DNA of 64,000 bases. It comes from Lepidodermella squamata. Lineage: Eukaryota; Animalia; Gastrotricha. Shown here piece after piece: positions 24,016 through 37,278 of this stretch (positions are counted from its first letter, which is position 1; every line of letters begins with the position of its first letter). The notes beneath the pieces are model-generated. The model was not told the DNA's origin, did no database searches, and saw nothing but the letters and a program-made list of their open reading frames with translations. The position numbers and the translations under genes are program-made. Location: contig JBLDXI010000032.1 of the NCBI GenBank assembly GCA_047495785.1, positions 4,278,001-4,342,000 of the forward strand, read 5' to 3'.

Positions 24016-25950
24016 ATGTTTTCGACTCAGGTATTGCTGCTCGTCAGCCTGATGTTAGCAGCCGACTTCATGAAACCAGCTAGAAGTCAAGATGAAGGTA
24101 CAACAGAGGCAGTATCAACAACTCCAGAGGGCCCATTTCTGCCTGTCGATGATTTAACCACAACACCTGAGACAATCTCATTCGATGGATCTGGAAATTT
24201 TGGATCTGACGGATGTGGAGAGAATTGCTTAGAATGCACAGGCTATTCATCGTCGGGTGAAATCGCTGTTAGTCAGGGCTGCTCAGCTTGTCAGGTAAGC
24301 AATGAAGCTTCCCTGATAATTTCTTCGAGCTAGATTTCTCTTGCTTTCAAAGCTGACCCAGACATACCATGCATCTAACGGGAGCCGAAATGCTGTCAAT
24401 TCGTTTGACTGCATTACAGAGGTTGCAAATACGTGCGAAGCGTCCATAACGACAAGCCAAAGTGCGTTCCGGGATGAGGAAGGGCGATTACTAAACGAAA
24501 TAATAACCAACATAAAATGCTGCTCGAGCTTCTGTAATATGGATTCGTTCGTGGAAGAGCTGCCTGAAACAGGTGATGGCATTGCCTGCTTTGACGGCCT
24601 GGTTTCTAACGTGTTTTACGACCGATATATTCGACCTTTGAACATTACTCAAGCTCCATCGATCAAAACAAACTGTAGCAGCTGTCTGGTATTTTTAAAT
24701 AGAAAAAACTTTGATTAAATATCTAAATCTCACACTAGGTTTCCCAAGGCCTAACGTCTAACCTCGGTTCTTATTTGACATACAAATGTATGCTCGCTAC
24801 TGATACGGAGACTTCTTGCATTCCATCAAGCTATTCGACAACGGATCCCTATGTCACATACATGGGGTATGATGAGATAACTACGGTTACGTCAGTTTGC
24901 TGCTCGTCTTACTGCAACCTGGATCCAAGCCTTCTCCTAGCTGTGCCCGATCAATCGAGCAACAGCCCGAAAATCAATTGCTTCATGGGTGGAAACTACA
25001 ATGAATTCATCGAAATTAACAGCGGCGGATTTTTCAACCAAACAGGGATGCCCACTGTGGTCGGGGGATGTGATGCCTGTTATACGTCCAACTTTAAATC
25101 TGCATCGTACGGCAGTTTCATCCTCTACGGCTGCGAATCTAACGGAGGTATAACTTGTTTGGGTGGGCAAAACGAACTAAGCATTCTGAAGTATGGCGAC
25201 GAATTTGCTACCATCACTAATACACCCTGCTGCTCTTCCCTGTGCAATATTCCGGCAGGTAACACTTCGATGTCATCACCTAGCGACAGCATAACATTTT
25301 GGGATGGTAATGACAATGGTAGCTTGGCAATGAACAGCAGCACGGCGCCAATCTCCTGTTTCAACGGAACTAGGATTCAGAGTCTTACGCAAGTCGATGG
25401 CTGCTCTTTATGCTCAGTTAATATTTTTATATTAAAGTAATGACATCGTTTATTGTTTTTCCCCCAGGTAACGGTTAGCGATAGCTCTGATGATGGTTCG
25501 GGGATCTCATATGGTTGCTTAACCGGCCCCTTAACCCTGACTGCTGTAATTATGCTCTCTGTCGATCAGATGTGCCTGTGCCAAACCAATCTATGCAATT
25601 CGTTGGAAATGGAATGCAGCTTTAACTTTACTTTCACTGACACTGTCTCCGATGCATCCAATATATCAATGCTTGAGAGTGGCCAACTAGTCAACGTAAC
25701 ACGGCCAGTCCCAATGGGCTTGAGCAGCAGCAGCGGCATACAAAACAGCGTTGTCCTCAATTCTACGACACCGGCTGCGAAGATAGCTGATAAAACAACA
25801 GCAGTCAATGGGAACGGCAACTCTCAAAATAATGCTGCTCCCAGTGCCAGTGTTACCCAGCAGTTGAAGAGCTGCTCTACAGCCGTGAAATACCAGTTAC
25901 TCGCTCTTTTCCTCCCTGGAGCTCTTTTCCTATCGATTTTTGGGATATGA
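24016..25950 (+). CDS. Atypical LU protein L7 (4 tandem domains plus Ser/Thr/Asn stalk)
   Basis: Exons 24016-24294, 24353-24688, 24739-25416, 25468-25950; CCSSFCN, CCSSYCN, CCSSLCN, CLCQTNLCN; GPI-type tail. Confidence 0.8.
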
Positions 25951-26628
25951 CGCAGTGTTGCCAACACTGGGAACATTTGAATGTTGTAATCGGCATATTA
26001 ATCTTCACAGGCTTTTATTTGAAGCCTTATTTATCAATTTTGTGATCTTATATCCGTGCTTGTGTGCTACTCTTTATTACACACATTACACATTATACTG
26101 CGTTTGGAAGCTTTTAATAAACAACGCTGAAAATTAATGGAAAACGTCTATTCGGCAAATGATTCCCATGATTGGTTTATGATTCATGGTGATAGTTGGT
26201 GTCAGTTTCGATTACAGAGTCAATCAGAAGAACATCAAACCTTTCGCGGAATTTTCGAAAAATCCCCTGAACCTGGGATGTATTACAATTTAAAAAATAA
26301 TAACTCCCTTCCAGGTCAAGTTTTCTCATTGTCTATCGATGGTGATGGTGGCTCTATGAATTAATATATCACCGAGCGAATATCGAATCTTTGATCACCA
26401 AATGTTAAACAACTTGTCGTGGCGGTTCTATCTCATCGGCAAATAAAAGCTGCGCGTTTTCATCGAACAATCCAGTTGATTCGACTCCAGTCGTCAAATT
26501 TCAATTATCCCGGTGATCTGGGCTGAGATTTAATTAAATTAAATCTGTATTTACATTAATATCACACGGTAAAAAATCGGCGAACCTTGCAACAAGCGAA
26601 CAATTCTGCGTTTCGTTCCGCCGACAAA

Positions 26629-28079
26629 ATGCGACTGCTAGTGGCCTATTTTGCAATCCGCAGTGTCTTAGTGGCGGTAACCCACGGCCAGGACGATCTT
26701 GCAGCAGAGGGTATTCTGAGCGACGCCTCCGGTTCAGGAGCAATCACATCTAGCGGCCTGGACTGCTATGTCCTTGAATACAACGCTCTATACCCCATGC
26801 CGAGTGATGCGCCTGTTCAGAGTGGCTGCACAGCATGCCAGGTTGGCCTATTCACAATTATTTGTTTGATTGTTTTTTACCTATTGCGGTGCAAAACAGC
26901 GAAGTTTAATCGTTCAAGCCACCAGTGGGGATCCCCAAATGACCAATTCTTTGACATGCGTGACTGATACCTCGTCAGCGTGTGTGGCTTCGACGCATAC
27001 AGAACAATCGTTATACACAAACGATGCAGGCTTATTGGCGAGTGAAATCCTTGCAGACGTGACATGTTGTTACAGCAATTGCAACGCCTTGCCCGAGTTG
27101 ATCCCACCGACTGTCGGCGGGATACAGTGCGCAGATGGGCTGGTTTCGAGCAGTTTCTTCGACCAATATGGCCAGGGCTTGAACGTTGTTCAACCCCCGC
27201 AAATCATCGCAGGTTGCGGTAGTTGCCTGGTATTTGAACATTTCACATCAAACGACCCTTAAATTTCGATATTTTCCTCAGGTATCGCAAGGATCCACGA
27301 TTGCAAACGGCTCGTATATAACATTCGAATGTCTGCCATCAGACAGCGATGCGGCATGTAGTTCGTCTGCGTATTCAACGGTGGATGTTTTAACCACAAT
27401 AAATGGGGCGATGAATGTTACGACAGTCACGTCGATCTGCTGCTCCGACAACTGCAACCTCGATCCGACCCTACTCGCCGTTCCTGTTCAGTCGAACGCA
27501 TCTAGCCCGAAAATCAATTGCTTCAATGGCACTATCTACGGCGGTTACGTCGACTTGGATACTAACCAAACGATGAACGATGTGACGCAGCCGACAGTGG
27601 TTGGTGGCTGCGATGTTTGCCACACGTCTTATTTCAAAACAACTGACAGCGGCACCTACATTTCGTATTCATGCGGAAATACCGAGGGCGTGACTTGCTC
27701 GGCAATATCTCAAGATGCCAGCATTCTGCACTATGGCGACGGCTTTGCAACTGTCACCGATTCACCATGCTGCACGTCCCTGTGCAACGTTCCGACGAGT
27801 TCGGACATGAATTTCATGTCGCCGAATGATGATTGGCTTGCTGCGGAATCTGAACCGGTCATCTACCAGCCTGCTACTGCTAATGCTACTAACAATGCTA
27901 CGACTGCTGTGAGATATAACATAACGACTGCAAAACCCATCGCTCCTACTGGCGGCGGAGGAGGGACTGGTAATACGCAGCTGCAGCAGAGAAGTTCGGC
28001 TTGGGTTGAAAGTTTGAATGTTTCAGCTCTAATTACCTGCACGGTATTAGCCCTACTTGGCATTCAACAGCTTGATTAG
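26629..28079 (+). CDS. Atypical LU protein L8 (3 tandem domains), paralog of L7
   Basis: Exons 26629-26841, 26900-27229, 27282-28079; shares CNLDP.LLAVP.QS..SPKINCF and PTVVGGCD with L7. Confidence 0.8.
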
Positions 28080-29420
28080 CTGGTAAAAAGTGAATGATGA
28101 CAGTTTTACCTAAATACTATGTTGTTATTGTTATAGCTTTAGCTCCTGTTTCTCTATCTCGTACTCTAATTCTACGAATAAATCTGTTATCTGGTATGCT
28201 GTATGCATAGTGGGCGGATGATTGAGGACGGTTTTTCTTTTAGATGGCGTCAACCATTGATAAACGCCACATCATTGATGATGAGTCATAGGCTAAAGGC
28301 TAAAACAAGGCGGCTTCAGCCAGGAATTGATATACCTAATGTTTGGAAACCCATTTGTCATAACGCTTAAAGCAGTAGTGCGTATATAATGCGATCGGTT
28401 ACAAGATCTTATTTGACTCGGCATATGGCGCAATGCTATACGGATACTGGCTGAGAAAAAAACGAGTAGCAGGTGAAAAAACACGGGCAAATAACTCGAT
28501 GGCACCGACGCAAATTGAGTTTGTATGCGATGATGAATCGCGCCTGGTATGATATGATATTATAAAACGACAGTAATAATCGTCACTACCGTTTTTTACT
28601 AGTATAATCTTGAGTTTTCAACTTCTTCTTGCGAAAAGCAATGCGCGGAAAGTTTCTTATTCCGGTAACATGTGTTGCGATATTCAGTGTCGCAGCAGCC
28701 CTCGAATGCTACAACGGGGCCAAGTACGTCAATTTCGTGGATTCAACCGGCAATCAAATGTCGGCTTCAATGGCCACGACTACCGAGAAAAATTGTGCGC
28801 AATGTGGCGTACGTTTTCTTATCTCGCGTTATATAATTATTATTTGAATTTTTGATTACACCAGGTATCGAAGGTAACGACTGAAAAGAGTGGTTGGTAT
28901 GTAGCCTATCAGTGCGTGAAGCCCGACGGTCTCAGCGGTTGTAGTGCTGCTTCGACGTCGATGAGCACCGATTACAACACTACCAAGTACGTCGACAAGG
29001 CAACCACCATTTCGTGCATCTGTTGCACTGACAAATGCAACTCCGAAGATGCTGCTTGCATTGGCGGCGGCAGCAGCAGCAAAAGCGGGGCTCCTGCCTT
29101 CGTCGGCTTCAACTTGTTCTGGGTAACTGTTATCAGCACCTTCGGAGTCCTCTTCACACAGTAAAGCATCTTAGATATGATTCGCCAAATAATCTTGATC
29201 TTCAGTTAACGTTTTGCTTCGTTTTCATTCTTAATGCGAATTTCTTCAAATTATTGCTTGAAAAATAGGTTTGGGCTGCTGCAAATATTCCGAGTGAAAT
29301 ATTATTTCAGTAAAGAAAATGTGTTTTAAGGTGGATTCTTTGGCGATAAAAGATTTGTCAACTTTTGGGATATTTCTCACTTTTCTCATCTGAACGGAAA
29401 CATCCATTTCGCGCGAAAAA
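27640..29420 (+). repeat. Local duplication, copy A (3' part of L8, intergenic DNA and L9)
   Basis: Near-identical to 32420-34130, e.g. gatgatgagtcataggctaaaggctaaaacaaggcggcttcagccaggaa in both; ends approximate. Confidence 0.85.
28641..29164 (+). CDS. Atypical LU protein L9 (1 domain)
   Basis: Exons 28641-28808, 28865-29164; LECYNGAKYVNFVD..CAQC / ..CICCTDKCNSEDAAC. Confidence 0.85.
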
Positions 29421-30029
29421 GCTCAAGATTATATTGTCAGCAGTTGGGATGCGCGCGCTCCTTCGAACGAGACCAGGCGGCTCGTCTTCCAATAGGACCT
29501 TTTCAAGGTCATATATATTCCCAAAGTAGCTGACAAATCTCGAAGATCAAAATTAGTCGATTATGTCGGGCGAAAAAATTATACCAGGATAGGCTGAGCT
29601 ATCGAACGAACGAATATCTTTTTTATTGTCCTTATTCGACATGTACAATTAATAAATTCAAAGCCAAAGGAAAACCAACAGAAAGTACTTGACAAACAAG
29701 GCACCGGCACAACGGGGCTTGTCTTATACAGTGCACGGACGACACTATTGGGGCGGCAAATAGGCGAAAGTATCGGCAGCGTAAGGATTATCGGTTACGG
29801 GGATTCGTTAATGTGAAGAGGTATGCTAGTGCTAGAAGAGGTGGGAAGACAGAAATCAACTTATTGGCGGATTAGGAGACCACGGAAGATGAATTATAAG
29901 CGTTCATACCTGACGACCAGTTCGCACAACGTACTCATTAATTATGTGAAGAAAAATGCTGATGATCTGCGAAAATACACTACATCTGTGGCGAGGCGCC
30001 TTGCCAATTTCTAATTTCTAAATGTTGAA

Positions 30030-32180
30030 AAACAAAATGCAACAATAAAAACAGTAAGAGTTACGAAAAGACGACGCTGCTGAAAGAGGCGATCAAGGTA
30101 GCTGGCAGCTGGCACGACGCCAGGCGCCAGGCGCCAGGGCGCTGAACGATGATGTAGTACCAAGACAGATTTTGCCCGCAGCGGCTCGGGGTGCGGTCCA
30201 TGTGGGGCTTCCACGAGAGCTTCGCGTCAAAGTGAATTCCTGAGACGCGCAACACTGCGACCTAAGGTATAGCGGAGCCGTTTAGCGTCAAATGCAAGGC
30301 TGGTGGTTGCCGCCTGAAAGCGAGTGCTTCACTTTTGGAGGCGTTGAACTGCTGGCGCCAGAGCTGAGCCTGCACCCGCGACTCGGCATCCCAAAATGAC
30401 ACACCGGTACCGAGGACGGTCAAATCGTCAGCGTAGGCGTCAAGAACGCTGGCAGGAGCGCCAGTGGGGCCCAAGAGATCCGCGGTGAATAAGATGTAGA
30501 GCAGAGGCGACAGCGGCGAGCCCTGCGGCACTCCACAATTTACCACAACGGAGCGACTAAGGAAACCGGCCACCCGGGCCTGCAGTTTGCGGTCGCGCAG
30601 AACATCTGTGAGCCAGCTGATGAGGTTCCTCGGCATTGGAAGTCCGCAGAGGCGGTGTACGAGGCCGGCGTGCCGGACTGAGTCATAAGCAGCCTTCGCA
30701 TGAAGACCCGCAACGACCAACTTGAGCTTGTCAGCACGGCACTGTTACGCCCGATGAGCGATCTGGACTGGAATGTCGACAGCGGAGTGGTGCTCGCGGA
30801 ACGCATATTGATTGTCAAGCAGAAGGTGTCTATCCTCTAAGAAACGACTCATCCAGCGTGCAACGATTGCCTCCAAAATCTTACCATAAGAAGGCAGTAT
30901 CGAGATCGGGCTTTGACAGCTAGCGGCGTCGGACGGCTTACCAGGCTTGGGAACAGTGACAACAACCGCCTGCTTCCAATCGGGCAGAGCGAATTGGCTA
31001 CCGAGACGCATATGGAGACGCCGAAGATGAGCCTGCAACGGAACGCCACCCCACTTGTAACAGACATTACCCACGCCATCGATCCCTGGAGCCTTGAACG
31101 GTTGCAGACGGTCGATCTCTAGAGCAAGCATGCGTTGGCTGGCACTGAAGTCCAGGAATCGGTGGCCATCAGGGTCTCAAGCTCGAGCCAACGCTGGCGC
31201 AGGGCGTCGTCCGCGGTAACTCCCCCGCTGAGAAACTGTAAAGCGGCGTCATTGACCACCCAAACATCCAGGGTCGAGAGAGAACCAGTGCGGAGATCGA
31301 TGTGACTTGAGGATGGTGAGACCTAGCCGGGTACCATGTGATGTAGGTGATAACCGTGCGGATTCCATACTCATACTCTTTATTTGTGCAAGTTGCCTTT
31401 CGACATTTAGCATTTGATATCAGACATCACCACAAGGCTTATGAGTCAACTATACCCATGGTTGATGGTCGAACCATGGTCCCCAGGCTTTGTGTACTGA
31501 GTAGCCATATCTTGATTGCCGGTGAATGGCGTCCTACACCGGGAGGGAGGAAACCGCGGTCTCGGGTGGATTTGCTTGGCGGTGTTACCAGCAGGTACGC
31601 ACTCGAGGATTGTGCCCTTGGCTCCGTAGTCGGCGACACGTCTTCCTGTCAGCTTGATTAACGGTCCCAGAAACGCCGCATTCAATGCGTAGAAGAATGA
31701 TTGGTGTTGCGGTTCTGGGAATTGAACCCGTGCCTCTTCGCCCCCAGTGAGGTGCTTGGACCGCTCGACCACTTGCTCCCCTACCTGACGGAAAAAGACA
31801 GAGGAGAGGGGGAAGAAATAGGTTTCAGAGAGGAAAATAAAGAGCGCATCACCATCAGCCAAGTAACCAGCTTCAACAGCACCTTGGGGATTCCACTGCA
31901 TCATTACTACGAGATCAGTTGTCGTTTTTGTAGCGATAGCGGTCACGGTCGGCACTCATTGACTGGTTATTGCCGCTAGAGCGCAGGTCGTAGACGTCAT
32001 CCGCCAGATCAGCCAAGAACGACTCCAATTTCTCACGCCATCCATCCTGTTTGGCGCGATCGGCGTCACATGAGGCGGCGGGCCTCGGCCGTGGGGAACA
32101 CTGTCTGCCGCGGCGATCTTCTCACTCTTGGCAGCAGCACGAGCGTGGCGTGACGCGACTTCGGCCGACTGCGCAGCTTA
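30030..32180 (-). mobile_element. Degenerate non-LTR retrotransposon (LINE; APE endonuclease plus RT), inactive
   Basis: RT motifs KAPGIDG, WKQAVV..PKPGK, PISIL..GKILE, QYAFR, KAAYDSV, GVPQGSPLSPLLY, YADD, FNASKS, GIHFDAKLSW; endonuclease-like QWN..G and LSET at 31446-31955; in-frame stop near 30745 and frameshifts; GC-rich vs flanks; boundaries approximate. Confidence 0.9.
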
Positions 32181-32369
32181 AAAAGCGGGGCACCCCTTTG
32201 CCTTTGAGGACCAAAAACATATTATTAACAATTCATGGATTTTTCAATTTTAATATTTTCGGGATGACATTTTCAGCAGATTTCCGACCTCTTCAGCATT
32301 GTCAAATTCATGAGAAAAACGAAGTGAGGCAAATTTATCTATCGATAGGTAAAAAAATTGCGCGAGGTC

Positions 32370-32600
32370 AGGATGGAGCGCGACGATAGTCACCGTGCGC
32401 AAAACGGCTGCGGACACCAGGACAAACACAACGGTCATTCCGTCATTCTTGCGGATATACCGATGGTGTGACTTGCTCGACAATTTCTAAAGACGCCAGC
32501 ATTCTGAACTATGGCGGCAGCTTTGCACTGTCACCGATTCGCCGTGCTGCACGTCCCTGTGCAAGGCGCCGGACATGAATTTCGACTCGCCGAATGACGA
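32370..32600 (+). pseudogene. Deleted/frameshifted fragment of L8 last exon
   Basis: gtgacttgctcgacaatttctaaagacgccagcattctgaactatggc...tgctgcacgtccctgtgcaa matches ~27690-27790, then jumps to the L8 3' flank (acgaataaat, ~28175). Confidence 0.8.
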
Positions 32601-34130
32601 ATAAATGTGTTATCTGGTATAATGTATACATGGTGGGTGAATGATTGAGGGTTTTTTATTTCAGATGGCATCAACCATTGATAAACGCCACATCATCGAT
32701 GATGAGTCATAGGCTAAAGGCTAAAACAAGGCGGCTTCAGCCAGGAAGAGATATACCTAATGTTTGGAAACCCATTTGTCATAGCGCTTAAAGCAGCAGT
32801 GCGTATATAATGCGATCGGTTACAAGATCTTATTTGACTCGGCATATGGCGCAATGCTATACATATGCTGGCTGAGAAAAAAAACGAAACACTAAGAAAA
32901 AAAACCAGGTGAAAAAATACGGGCAAATAACCCGATGGAACCGACGCAAATTGAATGTGTAAGCAATGATGAATCGCGCATGGTATGAGTAGTATATGGT
33001 ATTATCAAAGGGCAGTCGCTACCACCATATTATCGCAGCAAGCTCAAAAGAATCTTACCTACAGAGAAGCGGTGCATTTCAACTCTCTGCCCCCTGAGGC
33101 GTAGAATGTACAACCTGTTCAGCCTGTCATTTTTTTCTCCAGTAAATAAAATGTAAAACGGATTATGAAACCGAACTGAAATGGACTTTTACACTTGCGG
33201 ACTAGACACTTGTGAAATATACCTTTCCCTCCTATTATCATTACTCCAGCTTCCTTACTGGATTTACTCTCGTTAAATAGAATAAATTAAAAGTAATAAT
33301 CGTTATACTACCGTTTTTTACTAGAATAATCTGATCTTAAGTTTTTAACATCTTCTTGCGAAAAGCAATGAGCGGAAAATTTCTTATCCCAGTAGCATGT
33401 GTTGCGATAATCAGTGTCGCAGCAGCCCTCGAATGTTTCAACGGCGCCAAGTACGTCAATTTCGTGGATTCAACCGGCAATCAAATGTCGGCTTCAACGG
33501 CCATGAATACCGAGAAAAATTGCGTTCAATGTGGCGTACGTCTTCATATCTCGCGCTGTATACTTATTATTTAAATGTTCGATCACACTAGATATCAAAA
33601 TTTGTTACTGAAAAGAGCGGTTGGTATTTAGTCTCTCAATGTATTAAGCCCGACGGTCCCAGCGGTTGTGCTGCTACTTCGTCGTCGATGACCACCGATT
33701 ACAACACAACCAAGTACATTGACAAAGCATCCGCCACTTCGTGCATCTGTTGCACTGACAAATGTAACACCGAAGATGCTGCTTGCCTTAGCGGCAAGGT
33801 GGGCAGTGGCAGCAAAAGCGGGGCTGCTGCCTTCAGCGGCTTCAACTTGTTCTGGATAACTGTTGTCAGCAGCTTTGCAGCTGTCTTTGCACAGTAAAGC
33901 ATCTTAGATATGATTCGCCAAAAAATCTTGATCTTCAATTAACGTTTTACTTCGAATTGCTTGAAAAATGGGTTCGGGCTGCTTTATATATTCCGAGTGA
34001 AATTATATTATTTTATTAAAGAACATGTATTTTAAGGTGGATTCTTTGAGGACAAAAGAATTTACAAATTTTGGGATATTTCTCATTTTTCTCATCAGAA
34101 CGAAATCATCCATTTTGTGCGAGAAAAGCC
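32420..34130 (+). repeat. Local duplication, copy B (with ~280 bp extra sequence at ~33013-33290)
   Basis: Colinear with 27640-29420 apart from one internal deletion and one insertion. Confidence 0.85.
33368..33897 (+). CDS. Atypical LU protein L10 (1 domain), recent duplicate of L9
   Basis: Exons 33368-33535, 33592-33897; intact frame, CICCTDKCNTEDAAC. Confidence 0.85.
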
Positions 34131-34342
34131 AATAGTCAGGCGAAGCGTGGCATGTTTCCACCGGATAATTTGTCAATAAGAGCACTAAGCGGGTGCTTTG
34201 ATTTTAATTAAGCATGCGAAAGCAGCTTGTGTGAATCGAAAAATGCGCGCTTGTTATTCGGTGCACAACAAGGTGGCCTATGTACTTGCATTCGTGCCAA
34301 TAGCCACTTGTTCTTGCACTTCAAAAAGAAGTGGAGTAAATT

Positions 34343-35774
34343 ATGAAAGCTGATAGTCTGCGGAACGTTCTCTACATCGGCCTGATAGCTGAACAAATCG
34401 GGAAATCAGCATCTATCGAATGCTACAGCGGCGCTGCGTACCACAACTTCGTGGACTCGACATCAGGACAAATACTAAATTCCTATACTCCGAAGCTACC
34501 TGAGCAAGATTGCATCCAATGCTCGGTAATAAAGTCATCACATGTTCTGAATTAGTTTACATATTATTGATCACTGCAAATCACTTAGGTGAGTCACTTT
34601 TTATCCAGTCAGAGCGGAAACTACTCTGTCTACTCGTGTATTAAAACTGGGCCGGAAAAATGTTCGGCAACTCATTACTCGATGAGTAATGATTACAAGA
34701 CTCCACTAGCTATGGACAAAGCTTTTATTTCGAGTTGCAGTTGTTGTTCAGACTTGTGCAACTCGGAATCTTTAGTCTGCGACTCGGTTGATATCGCAAA
34801 CATGGCAAACATTTCGGTTGCTGATCCGTCCAAATCGTTGGTTTGCTACGTTGGAGCGATTTACCGCAACTTCACAGACCCATATGGGACGAAATTGAAC
34901 TCCGTAACAACGCCCATATTACAAGGTGGATGCTCGCAATGTGGCGTGAGTTTGAAATTTCACTTTTTTCTAGTTTTGATTTCCCTATATTTTCAAGTTT
35001 GCTAACGTGATGACGAGTCGTAACGGCTACTACACAACTTACAGCTGTATAAAGGATACTACCAGCTGTGCGAATTCGCGTTATGCCTCGACCGGTCAAT
35101 ACAATACGACAACAGACGCAGATGAACAAATCGTCACCACTTCGATTTGCTGCTCATCCGGGTGCAACTACAACGCTGAAGAACAAGGCTTACAGGGAGG
35201 GAAAGTTGCAGATGATACCCAATCACACAATCTTGAATGCTACAGCGGGGCGTCCTACCACGATTTCATGGACCAAAACGGAAATCTGATCAATGTTACA
35301 TTTCCGGAGACAACAATCGGAGGCTGTATTCAATGCAATGTAAATCAGTCGAATCCTCGATTTTTTTCAGCTAAATTTTGTTATTTAAAGGCAGTGAAAG
35401 TTACTACAGCAAAAAGCGGGAGCTATCGTATGTATTCCTGTGTTAAGGAGGGCGCCTTCTCATGTCAAGCCACTGATTACTCGACAACTCAAGACTACAA
35501 GACTCCGGCAGGCATCGATCACATGACAGCAACTAACTGCATTTGCTGCTCGTCGAAATGCAATTTCGGTGGCGGGAAATGCGGATTTTCGGAACTTGGC
35601 TCTCAGCCAACTACAACAGGTGGATATTATTCGCCAGCCATGTTGACAACTCTGACGATTTCCGGCTCATCCAACATGAACTCGCCACCTCGAAACAACG
35701 CCGTCGTTCGAACCCACCTCAACTTTGTTCTTGCGATCAATTTCCTCTTTTGTGTTTATCGAATCGTGTTGTGA
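34343..35774 (+). CDS. Atypical LU protein L11 (3 tandem domains)
   Basis: Exons 34343-34525, 34589-34945, 34998-35339, 35391-35774; CSCCSDLCN, CCSSGCN, CICCSSKCN. Confidence 0.8.
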
Positions 35775-35959
35775 GCCACCTTGCACCGTTCATAATAGAG
35801 GTGCTATGATGTCTATACATATTTCATGTCAGTGCCTAGAGAGTAAATAATGGCAAGGGTGGAAAATCGATGACTACGATGTTTTCGTGGTTCGCTCTTA
35901 AACTCCTTATCATTCCGCAGGTACAGTGATCAAGCAGGCTTCGTCATCAACTTTCCGCC

Positions 35960-36271
35960 ATGGAGTTTTACCACGATTTTGTGAAAGAGTTGCGGAATGA
36001 TCCAGTTAGGCAAAAGCAATGCATTTTAGCTACCCTTTGTGCTATCGCACTCTTGATTGTTGTTATCCTTGCGATCGGCCTCGGAATTTCGCTTAGCCGG
36101 GAGCAATCGAACGATGAAGTTGGATCGAATTATGAAGACGAGGCTCTTGCGGTTCGAGACGATGATTACACCTTATCTGCGCAGGCAAAATCCAACAGGA
36201 CCAACGATCGCCATGAGAAAGAACGTTTGGGAGCTTTCAGGTCTCTGCTATGGGCTAATGATTCCACATGA
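35960..36271 (+). CDS. Small single-pass (type II-like) membrane protein of unknown function
   Basis: GCCATGG start; basic residues then ~23-aa hydrophobic segment CILATLCAIALLIVVILAIGLGI; AATAAA at ~36308. Confidence 0.5.
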   Translation: MEFYHDFVKELRNDPVRQKQCILATLCAIALLIVVILAIGLGISLSREQSNDEVGSNYEDEALAVRDDDYTLSAQAKSNRTNDRHEKERLGAFRSLLWANDST

Positions 36272-36513
36272 AATCTGAATTCTTCAGCGCTAATTTTTAT
36301 GGAAGACAATAAAATTGGTCTGGCTCCGAGTTCCTTTTATTTTGTGATAGAGTGACACATCATCACACTGACACCTTGAAAAAAGCACGAATCGATAACG
36401 ATCAATGACGCCAATCCAGCGATCTATTGAATTTAGTTTCCTGGCGACAATTTCTTTCTCTTGCATTAAACGTTGTCTTCCTTTGATAACAAATATAATA
36501 TCATTTGAGGGCA

Positions 36514-37021
36514 ATGCTTTGGTATCCCTTGGAATGTCTATTTTTGCTTAGCTTCACCATCGCTTCTGATGCAATAGATTGCTACTCCGGGACATACTAC
36601 CGAAATTACGTCGACACGACCGGCAATAAATGGAATACATCAACGGCTCTGATTACACTGAACAATTGCGCCCAATGCAAGGTGATTAATTTTAAGCTCT
36701 CATCGAAATACTTTGCGACAAGGCCCTTTTCAGATAATAAATGTTCTGACGACGAAAAATGGCGGCTATTCGAGCTACGGCTGCGATAAAAACGTCGTGT
36801 GCAGAGCTGGCGAAGATACTATAAACGCCAACTACGGCACCACGGGAGATACAGCAGCTACAACAACGTGCAACTGCTGCACGTCTTTGTGCAACAGTGC
36901 CGATCGGAAATGTGGCAGCACCGGGGAAACTGACAAGAGTCATGGCAACCGAGCCGTGCAACCAATAGCGAGCTTCATCGTGGCTATGCTGTTTTTGAAT
37001 CGCTATGTTTCATTGTTGTAA
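36514..37021 (+). CDS. Atypical LU protein L12 (1 domain)
   Basis: Exons 36514-36681, 36734-37021; IDCYSGTYYRNYVD..CAQC / ..CNCCTSLCNSADRKC. Confidence 0.85.
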
Positions 37022-37278
37022 TAAAAAAGCAAATTGAAGCCGCATCAATGTATCGAATTTTATCGATATCGCAATCGAGGGTGAATAAACAATACAGGAA
37101 TTTATCGCACTGCTCTGAGCCTTATGCAATTTGCTCTGAACCCTCCGGAAATCATTAAATTAAAACAGCGCCGCAGATCGCACTATTAAGAGAATTCACC
37201 GAGTATACATACTCTCATAGGCTCACTCCAGCGCCTGAATTGCATGTATAATATCGGTGCATCTCACGGCTGAAAATC

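Noticed and set aside
30262-31131. RT as a retron/DGR or domesticated reverse transcriptase diversifying the LU array
   Set aside because: Standard LINE motifs with stops, frameshifts and His in place of the first catalytic Asp (LHAKAAYD); no template/variable repeat pair seen
28293-32926. Two similar 70-aa minus-strand ORFs (28293-28505, 32714-32926) suggesting a conserved small gene
   Set aside because: Similarity is explained by the recent duplication; starts differ and no protein features are evident
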